NCBI RefSeq assembly: GCF_000179635.2
Contig: NC_014833.1
Coordinates: 1,050,001-1,082,000 of the forward strand
DNA: 32,000 nucleotides
From: Ruminococcus albus 7 = DSM 20455
GTDB lineage: Bacteria > Bacillota > Clostridia > Oscillospirales > Ruminococcaceae
Direction of reading: 5' to 3'
The translations under genes and the position numbers were made by a program. The notes under the pieces are model-generated. The model did not search any database and was not told the origin of the DNA. It saw only the letters and a program-made list of their open reading frames with translations. Positions 23,874 to 31,100 of this stretch are shown piece by piece; position 1 is the first letter of the stretch; each line of letters begins with the position of its first letter.

Positions 23874-25052
23874 ATGAAAAAGGTGGTTTCAATTTTTGCA
23901 GGAATGGCTATGGCAGGTATCATGAGTGCTTTTGCAGTATACGCTGATGATGTTGAGCTTGCTCCCAAGCACGCGCTCATACAGGAGAACAATGCGGTGT
24001 ATACAGTTGAATCCTCAGAGCTTGCTGCGTCAAGATTCACAGAGGATACTGAGATAACAGTAGTATGTGACGGTGTGGCAGGTGATGTCAGCCCTGTCAA
24101 GCTGGTACTGGATTACTGGGATTACAATGAGATCACAGAGTTTGAAGCAGGTTCACCTGCATGGGTCGAGGTAGAGGCTTCCTCATACAAGGATGGTTCG
24201 GCAGTTTTCACTTATGCAGATATCGTAAAAGCTCTTGGTAAAAATGAGCTTTCGACAGTATATGCTATTGACGTAGCATCCGAAACAACTGATATAGTCT
24301 GCAGCGGATTCAATGCTACTAATGTTATCTCCGCAGAAGATGCAGAGGAAAATGATCTGCGTACTACTGTACGTATACATGCAAGAAGACCTCGTCAGAC
24401 ATCCGGCTGGGGACAGAGCATGACTATTACTGTAGATCAGTTCGATATCAGTAATATGGATATGGATTCAAAGATCATAGCACAATATGAATGTGATATG
24501 GAAAAGGACAATCCGAATTCACCTGTAGAGTTTATTCTGCAGAGTACAGACGATCAGATATCACCTAAGGCGAAAAGCGGTATCGTATGGGCTAAGGTAC
24601 CTCCGATTATCTTCACCGACAAGTATGCAGAGTTCGACTATCTGGATATGGCGGATGCATACGGCACAGAAGATTTTTCCTATGTGACTATCATTCACGT
24701 GGGAGATACCGATAAGACACCTATAACCTGTACTGATGTATATGCGCTTAATGTAAAGATGAAGGTACCTGTAGTGCCTGAAGAACCTGAAGACAGCAGT
24801 GTGGCAGAAGAAGCTGAGGAGATCACAGCATCTGAGGACAGCGTTAAGCCTGTTGAATCAAAAGCACCCGCTGCTGATACTAAAGACAGCAGCTCAGCAG
24901 CTGAGGAGAACACAGGCAAGAAAAATATCGTGCTGATAGTTGTAGGCATAGTTGGCGGCATTATTGTTGCAGGTCTTGCAATATTCCTGATACTGGGCAG
25001 AAAGAGCCGTGAAACTTACGATGTTAACAAGCACAGATTTGTGAAGAAATAA
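23874..25052 (+). CDS. Secreted, C-terminally membrane-anchored surface protein of unknown function
   Basis: Signal peptide MKKVVSIFAGMAMAGIMSAFAVYA/DD. An acidic P/E/S-rich linker (PEEPEDSSVAEEAEE...) is followed by the TM IVLIVVGIVGGIIVAGLAIFLIL and the basic tail GRKSRE...KHRFVKK. Confidence 0.8.
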   Translation: MKKVVSIFAGMAMAGIMSAFAVYADDVELAPKHALIQENNAVYTVESSELAASRFTEDTEITVVCDGVAGDVSPVKLVLDYWDYNEITEFEAGSPAWVEVEASSYKDGSAVFTYADIVKALGKNELSTVYAIDVASETTDIVCSGFNATNVISAEDAEENDLRTTVRIHARRPRQTSGWGQSMTITVDQFDISNMDMDSKIIAQYECDMEKDNPNSPVEFILQSTDDQISPKAKSGIVWAKVPPIIFTDKYAEFDYLDMADAYGTEDFSYVTIIHVGDTDKTPITCTDVYALNVKMKVPVVPEEPEDSSVAEEAEEITASEDSVKPVESKAPAADTKDSSSAAEENTGKKNIVLIVVGIVGGIIVAGLAIFLILGRKSRETYDVNKHRFVKK

Positions 25053-25085
25053 TATACCTCGTCAGATAATAATTTTGTTTACAAG

Positions 25086-25118
25086 AAAACTCCCCCGATT
25101 TTTTTCGGGGGAGTTTTC
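25086..25118 (+). terminator. Rho-independent terminator
   Basis: AAAACTCCCCCGA-tttttt-TCGGGGGAGTTTT. Confidence 0.85.
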
Positions 25119-25184
25119 TGCTGTAAAAAAGCGGATTAAAAAAGTCTGTTTTATCAATAATTAAAAGCAAAAGTATGACCCCAA

Positions 25185-25226
25185 ACCAAACAAACAAATA
25201 ATCCCCCACCCTGTAGAGGGTGAGGG
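25185..25226 (-). terminator. Terminator downstream of ssrA
   Basis: The - strand reads CCCTCACCCT-ctac-AGGGTGGGGG followed by ATTATTTGTTTGTTTGGTTT. Confidence 0.65.
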
Positions 25227-25249
25227 ATCGGCCTGACCGGCCCTAGGTC

Positions 25250-25604
25250 TGGTGGAGATGAGGAGAGTCGAACTCCTGTCCGAAAGCCCATCCAAACGAA
25301 TTTCTACGAGTCTAGTCGGTTATTTCAGCTTGCGCCGATTCCCTCGCCGCGGGCAAACAGACACGCCCCTCGGTTCGGTAGGCTGCGATACACCTGCGGG
25401 TCACAGCCATCGCCCGCAGACGTTCACCACTAGTCGACGCCTTTACCCGAGCCGTGGTACTCTCAGGCAAGACGGGCTGCCCTTAGGCTGCCATTGCAAA
25501 ATTATCGTTGTCGTCTAATTTTAAAACGTACGCCGTTTAAGGAGAGTGCGCTCCTCCACTCGCTTATCGTCCTTCAAGACCCCCGTCGAAACCTTTACAT
25601 CCCC
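25250..25604 (-). ncRNA. ssrA: tmRNA (transfer-messenger RNA)
   Basis: - The - strand reads 5'-GGGGATGTAAAGGTTTCGACGGGGG ... GGAGTTCGACTCTCCTCATCTCCACCA-3'.
- The acceptor stem GGGGAUG/CAUCUCC includes the G3:U pair.
- There is a T-arm and a terminal CCA.
- An internal tag frame GAC GAC AAC GAT AAT TTT GCA ATG GCA GCC TAA (DDNDNFAMAA*) lies at + coordinates 25483-25515.
- Length is about 355 nt, and smpB is adjacent. Confidence 0.95.
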
Positions 25605-25701
25605 TTTTTTGACTTCGCACGCTCGTAAATTAAGCGTCTGCGAAGTTTATTTTATATCTCAAAGCGATCGTTGCCGATCACTCCGATGTCGTTGTAATTT
25701 C

Positions 25702-26310
25702 TTAACGTAATGAATCCGTTGCTTCTTTGATTTTTTCGGCGTTATCATCCATCATTTCTTTGACTTCGTCTAGGTCAATATTAAATGGTTCGTCCGAAAA
25801 TTCTGTCAGTGTGGATTCTTTATCGTCATCCATCGGTGTACATCCGCGACATAGCCAGCTGCCGTCAGGCTGTTTTTCAATTGCCCAGTAGGCTTTATGA
25901 TATTTGCCTTGATCCTCGGGATTTACACTATTGCCATAGCCTGTATACATATATGATTCCAGATATATCCATTCGCCCTCGTTTTCGTCCTTTTTAAGTT
26001 CGTTGAGTTCTTCTGAATATCCAAGCTGCAAAATATATGTGCCGTTATAACTGTACCACTCTTCCTCGTAGCACTTTTGGGTAGCCTTGACTGCTGCCAT
26101 GATATCATCGTGGCTGTGAAGTTCAGATGCGGGTATCGATACTGTGTAATCGGGTCTTTTCCACGGCAGTGCTCCAATATCTTTGTACAGCTTTGACATG
26201 GAACCGTCTGTGAAAAACAGCACCAGCGTTATCACAAACCAAAAGCCTACCAGCGAAACCAGTGTTATCGGAAAAGCATATTCTATCCCGAATTTTCTTT
26301 TCGTAGCCAT
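25702..26310 (-). CDS. N-terminally membrane-anchored hypothetical protein (202 aa)
   Basis: The ATG sits 2 nt after the smpB stop (TGAcaATG). TM is ITLVSLVGFWFVITLVLFF, followed by an acidic, aromatic-rich soluble domain (EEEWYSYNGTYILQLGY..., CRGC). No family recognised. Confidence 0.7.
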   Translation of the reverse strand: MATKRKFGIEYAFPITLVSLVGFWFVITLVLFFTDGSMSKLYKDIGALPWKRPDYTVSIPASELHSHDDIMAAVKATQKCYEEEWYSYNGTYILQLGYSEELNELKKDENEGEWIYLESYMYTGYGNSVNPEDQGKYHKAYWAIEKQPDGSWLCRGCTPMDDDKESTLTEFSDEPFNIDLDEVKEMMDDNAEKIKEATDSLR

Positions 26311-26312
26311 TG

Positions 26313-26786
26313 TCAGTAATTCTGTCTGTCCTTGAGGGCTCGCTCGATCTCGCGGTCAGCGGCTTTTTTAGCCATATCGTCGCGCTTATCGTGCAGCTTT
26401 TTACCTTTGCAAAGCCCCAGTGCCAGCTTGACCCTGCTGCCTTTGAAATACAGCGAAAGCGGTATCAGTGCCAGACCCTCCTGCTGTACCTGTCCGAAAA
26501 GCCTCATGATCTCTCTTTTATGCAGCAGCAGTCTGCGGACGCGCCTTGGGTCTTTGTTGAATATATTGCCCTGTTCATAGGGACTTATATGCATACCCTT
26601 GACCCACATCTCACCGTCATCAACACTGCACCAGCTATCCTTGAGGTTAACGCCGCCCTTGCGGATACTCTTCACCTCGGTGCCGACAAGTTCGATACCG
26701 CACTCGATAGTTTCAAGTATAAAGTAGTCGTGCCGCGCCTTGCGGTTATCGGCTATCTGTTTTGTGCCTTTTTTGTCGATCGCCAC
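26313..26786 (-). CDS. smpB: SsrA-binding protein
   Basis: GTG start preceded by [35 protein letters not shown] and the basic C-terminal tail [24 protein letters not shown] are SmpB hallmarks. 157 aa. Confidence 0.95.
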   Translation of the reverse strand: MAIDKKGTKQIADNRKARHDYFILETIECGIELVGTEVKSIRKGGVNLKDSWCSVDDGEMWVKGMHISPYEQGNIFNKDPRRVRRLLLHKREIMRLFGQVQQEGLALIPLSLYFKGSRVKLALGLCKGKKLHDKRDDMAKKAADREIERALKDRQNY

Positions 26787-26820
26787 AAGCGTGACCTCCC
26801 TTGATTTACTGACATAGAAT

Positions 26821-26849
26821 AGTATACCACATATTCAATGTTTTGTCAA
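26821..26849 (-). promoter_or_regulatory. Promoter for smpB (and the co-directional genes)
   Basis: On the - strand: TTGACA, a 17-nt spacer, then TATACT preceded by TGG (extended -10). On the + strand these appear as AGTATA 26821-26826 and TGTCAA 26844-26849. Confidence 0.65.
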
Positions 26850-27216
26850 AGGGTATATCATATATTTTTCTCCGAAAAAATGTCGAAAAGGGATGTTGCA
26901 GGTTTAAATATTAACAAACCATTTTTATTAACAAATAGCATGAACGAGAGATTGTTATTAAAATATCATGCAATATGTCTTTGTTTTAATTATTTAACAT
27001 AAAATTGACATAATGCATGATAAATAACCGAGACACACACCATTAATGAAATATCGGTTTCAAAAATCATAATATATGAAAGTAATTATATGTAGTAAAC
27101 GTTTACATTTTAAAAATATGCATGAAAATACATATAATGGAAAATCGAGGTTTGTATTAAACACAATGCACAAAGAAATTATGTATAGTACATGTAGAAA
27201 TTATATAAATTAATTC

Positions 27217-27245
27217 TTGAAAACTTTTGTGAAATATGCTATAAT
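27217..27245 (+). promoter_or_regulatory. Promoter for the 27324 membrane-protein gene
   Basis: TTGAAA (27217-27222), a 17-nt spacer ending in TGC, then TATAAT (27240-27245). Confidence 0.6.
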
Positions 27246-27323
27246 CAATTCAAGATTTAAACAGTGTGTTAAATTGCTTGCATTAAATTAACAAAACGCA
27301 CATAGATATGACAAAAGAAAGGA

Positions 27324-27755
27324 ATGATCGTAATGGCAGCCATGTTAGTATTTACAGTTCTGATGAATCTTTTTGCTTGGGCAGCGTACACCCTGACAGA
27401 TGTTTTTCTCGGCGGATACTCCTTTGTGAACATGATAGTGCTGGCGGAGTGGTTCGTAATGCCTATGGCTGCTTCAGCGATATACAGAAGTGTTACCGAA
27501 CGCAGGGCAGAGCGTGATTCTTCGGATAAAGTAATGTTTATGCTGGTATGGTTCGTGTTATCTACCGGATTTTCCGGGGTGATGTGCAAGTTAAGAGAAT
27601 CCGGTTTCTGGTTTGAAGCATCGGTCTTCAACAAATTTGACTATCTTACCTATGCATCGGCATTGGTGTTCGGATTCATAGTTTATTCAATAACATATGA
27701 GATAATAGGGTTCTTTGTGGACGGTGGTTTTGCGGCACACAAGGCTGCGAGATGA
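27324..27755 (+). CDS. Small polytopic membrane protein (about 4 TM), unknown function; start may be ATG 27333
   Basis: Hydrophobic segments: AAMLVFTVLMNLFAWAAY, FVNMIVLAEWFVMPMAASAIY, MFMLVWFVLSTGFSGVM and YASALVFGFIVYSITYEIIGFFV. GAAAGGAA lies 2 nt from ATG 27324 and 11 nt from ATG 27333. Confidence 0.7.
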   Translation: MIVMAAMLVFTVLMNLFAWAAYTLTDVFLGGYSFVNMIVLAEWFVMPMAASAIYRSVTERRAERDSSDKVMFMLVWFVLSTGFSGVMCKLRESGFWFEASVFNKFDYLTYASALVFGFIVYSITYEIIGFFVDGGFAAHKAAR

Positions 27756-27808
27756 AAAAGTGCTTTAATTAAGGTATATATGATTACGCCAACACCTATA
27801 TTCTAAGC

Positions 27809-27847
27809 AGGACGTTCGCATAATGCGGACGTCTTGTCCATTTTTTC
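27809..27847 (+). terminator. Probable rho-independent terminator
   Basis: GACGTTCGCA-taa-TGCGGACGTC is a 10-bp stem with one G-U pair. It is followed by TTGTCCATTTTTT. Confidence 0.6.
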
Positions 27848-27906
27848 GGTTTTTCGGTTTAATTTAAGTAAAACATTTTCCTTTTTGAGAAAATATTTGA
27901 AAAGCC

Positions 27907-27935
27907 TTGACAATTGTGTTCGATTTATGTATAAT
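27907..27935 (+). promoter_or_regulatory. Consensus promoter for the giant adhesin gene
   Basis: TTGACA (27907-27912), a 17-nt spacer, then TATAAT (27930-27935). This implies a leader of about 220 nt before ATG 28164. Confidence 0.65.
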
Positions 27936-28056
27936 AAATGTATATATAATGGGTAAATAGGAGGTGTTTTAATGGGGAGAGTGTCATGCCCCGATATCTG
28001 GGAAAAATACGGGACATGATAGATTACCTGCCAGCCGGTGTGATGATACAAAAGAA

Positions 28057-28138
28057 TGGACAGGTCAGGTCCATCTCTGATGCGGAAAAAGATCTGCGGA
28101 CAGCTTCGTACTTTTGGACAGGTATTTGGACAGGTAAA
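28057..28138 (+). promoter_or_regulatory. Leader repeats: three copies of GGACAGGT, two of them as a tandem 12-mer
   Basis: GGACAGGT is at 28059-28066, within the hairpin TGGAC-aggtcag-GTCCA. It recurs at 28117-28124 and 28129-28136 as TTGGACAGGTAT/TTGGACAGGTAA, ending about 10 nt before the RBS region. Confidence 0.4.
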
Positions 28139-28163
28139 TAAATCTTATGAAAGGAAATATGTA

Positions 28164-31100
28164 ATGAAAAAGACATTTGGCAAAAGATTTATCAGTGGCA
28201 TGACATCTGCTGTACTGGCTGCGTCTTTTGTGTTCGGCGGGTTCCCGGGTATTTCGTCTGTGATAATGTCATCCTCTGCAGAAGCTGTTACGGGCTTCAG
28301 CCGTGAGAATAATGATAACAGGATGAATTCGGGCAATACCAAGGTGAACATCAGATTCAGGAACACGACGGGCGAAAATGTGAATGTTGAGACCGCGGAT
28401 AATACCTATTATCTTCTGGTGCACTGTGTTGGTGAGGATCCGGAGATAGCGGGCAGTACCGTAGAGTATTTCAACAACGGCGAGTCAAGGGATGCCTATG
28501 ATCTCATAGAGATCAATGCCAACGGAACAGATTGGACTTCACCCGCTTTTTCACTTTGGGAAACACGCGAAAAAGAAGTGCCTTCGTGGGGCTCACAGAA
28601 AAGTGATGTTCGCCCTGACGTAGTCAGCATTGACGGTGTATTCCTGAAAAATTCCGCTCCCGACAGGGAACTTACACTGAGTGATGCGAAAGAACTCAGG
28701 AATTGTACGGTAGTGAATAATATCAAGGGCATGGAGCTTACTGACGGCGGCTATGAGGGTGACAGCTATAATGGAGGTACCTTCAGCTTTTATGCTACAG
28801 GCGGACAGACAGTAAGTGTAAACATCTTCGACTATAACGGAACGACTCTTAAACCGCTGACTGCAGGTGATGATGCAAATTACTATCTGCTGTCATGCTT
28901 GTTCGACAAGGGCACTGCGAACACAGATCCCTTCAGCAACAAGAATGGTATAGAGGGCTGGTCACTGACACAGTTCTATCCAGAAGATAATGCTAATACA
29001 CAGATTAAACTCTGGGATTACACATCAGCAGGAAACACTTCCGGAACTTTACACTATGATCCCGATGCTTATGAGATCTCCTACACTGTTGTAAAAACAC
29101 CTGACGGAAATACTGCTTTTAGCAGTCTTGATGACACCCTGAGAAACGGCAGTGACAATATACCTAACTACCGTACCGAAGGACCTACCACCTCAGGCAA
29201 TAATACTGAACTCAGGCTGATCAGGGACGATGTAAGGTATGAAGCACAGCTGGATTTCGAGGAAGAGATCTCGATAACCGAGGCTGACAATATCTACCTG
29301 TTCATTGAGCTGGAGCAGACAAATTCAGAGTACAAGTATATCCTTGACAAGGTAACTGTTGACTATGATCTGACAAAGACGATTGAACTTGGTAATCTGG
29401 TGGACAGAAACGGTAATTCGTCACAGGATCACATCGGTTATAACGGTTCACCTGCTAAGGTAAGACTTCTGAAGGCAAACACCGGTAATCTGACAGTGAA
29501 CAATGCTGTGAACGGCAGCAACTGCAGTGAGATCGCTGAAGAAGGATTTATCAAGGGATTTATCGTAAATTACGGCGATCAGACATCCAGCAAGGATCAG
29601 GATACTCACGTATCTACATATACTGAGCATATCAGATTCTTTAAGGTGCCCGGTTCCAAGAAATATGATTTCCGCTCGATACTGGGCGAGGGTCTGTACT
29701 ATGGTATGACCATTGACAGATTTGAGCTGGGCAACCATACCGAGACCAACTACGCAGTTAACTTCTACGAGGGCAACGGTCAGCCGAATACTCCCGATAT
29801 CAGCGGCAAGTTCGGCGGACATTTCTACTTTGCTGATTTCGTTCATTTCAATGATGAGATCAATGACTATGCAGAGCCTTCGGAATATGTGAACTTCGAT
29901 TCAAGGGATTTCGACGTGGATCCCGACGGCACATTCTTTATCGACAACTCCGATGCTTGCTGTGAGGAGGGTGCTATCCTCCATTTTGACAGCGAGGACC
30001 GCATGAAGGAATCTGCAGGCAGAGATGGTATAGCGAGGGAGTACGAAACACCATCGGCTATGCATGGGGTCGTTGATTCTATCATAAAGAATATGCAGTC
30101 TGTATCAGAAGAACTGGCTGCTATACCCGTAAATGCGGAAGCTACAGTTATCGGCAACAATGCTTACATCAGCGGTGACGGTTATCCCGACAATGCTGTG
30201 CTGGTAGTTGACGGTGATAAGATAGCTCCCTATGTTGCTGAGAGCGGTAAGCTCCATATTGAGCTGAAGGGTGAGCAGATGGTCATATTCAACTTTGATG
30301 AACTGACCGAAGCAAGGATAGACGAATTCAACATCAAGAGAGCTGAGGATAATGATTATCAGATTTCTACAACACCTTCAAACGAGAATACTCTCGAACA
30401 CGGCAAGAACTACTGGCTGGATCAGAACGCTACCAGATATGTGGTATGGAACCTGAAGTCAGTCAAGGCTCTTGATATCAACAAGGCAACAGGTATATTC
30501 CTTATACCCGATGATGATTCTGTTACACGTATCAAGGGTACAAGCTCGGGCTGGCTGGAATCTGCAGGCTATGTCAACAACCCTGACGGTGAGTGGCACT
30601 TCCTGTACACAGACCTGCCGAGAAATACCACTGTGATCTCTGTAGATAAGAAAGATATCACAGGAGAGGCAGAGGTAAAGGGCGCTCAGCTGCGCATAAC
30701 CACTGCTGAAGGTGAACCTGTATTCTCATGGGAATCCGACGGTAATACACACGAACTCAGACTTGCACCCGGCGATTATGTGCTGGAAGAAACAGGCAAC
30801 GAGTTTGAAGCTGATGACGGTACCATATATAAGGTAATACCTTCAAAGGTAAGCTTTACTGTAAAGGCTGATGCAGATCAGGAATCCTACGGCTGCACAG
30901 TTGAGAACGTAAAGGGCACTCAGCGTGCTGCTGACAGTGATTCGGACACAGGATATTATCTGTATAACGGCAGCAAGCAGCTGTTCACAGTATGTGATGC
31001 TGAGAGAGTATCTACCACAAAGGTAACTATCAACAAGCTTGATATAACAGGTGCTGAAGAACTGAACGGCGCAGTGCTGACCATAAAGGACAGCAAGGGC

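Noticed and set aside
25252-25518. 88-aa + strand ORF (MEMRRVELLSESPS...)
   Set aside because: It lies entirely antisense to the tmRNA gene, whose acceptor stem, T-arm, CCA end and tag frame are unambiguous. It has no RBS.
26310-26804. + strand ORFs 26310..26804 (164 aa) and 26332..26580 (82 aa)
   Set aside because: They are antisense to smpB, whose product is an excellent SmpB match.
23489-27323. Genomic island or prophage integrated at ssrA
   Set aside because: tmRNA 3' ends are common integration sites. However, I found no integrase or recombinase gene, no phage-like genes, and no second copy of the tmRNA 3' end (GGAGTTCGACTCTCC...CCACCA) anywhere in the window.
27936-28163. c-di-GMP riboswitch in the adhesin leader
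   Set aside because: The context made it plausible, since clostridial adhesin genes are often under c-di-GMP riboswitches. I could not find the conserved GEMM-I elements (GGCAAAC... / ...GACGCAAAGC) by eye. The leader is reported only as an unexplained structured leader.
29958-30455. Thioester (TED) domain in the adhesin
   Set aside because: A C-C-E motif (codons 599-601) and a TQxA(V/I)W-like segment about 155 residues later (ATRYVVWN) have TED-like spacing. The critical Gln position reads Arg, and the residue before the Cys is not aromatic. This is not supportable from sequence alone and needs an HMM search.
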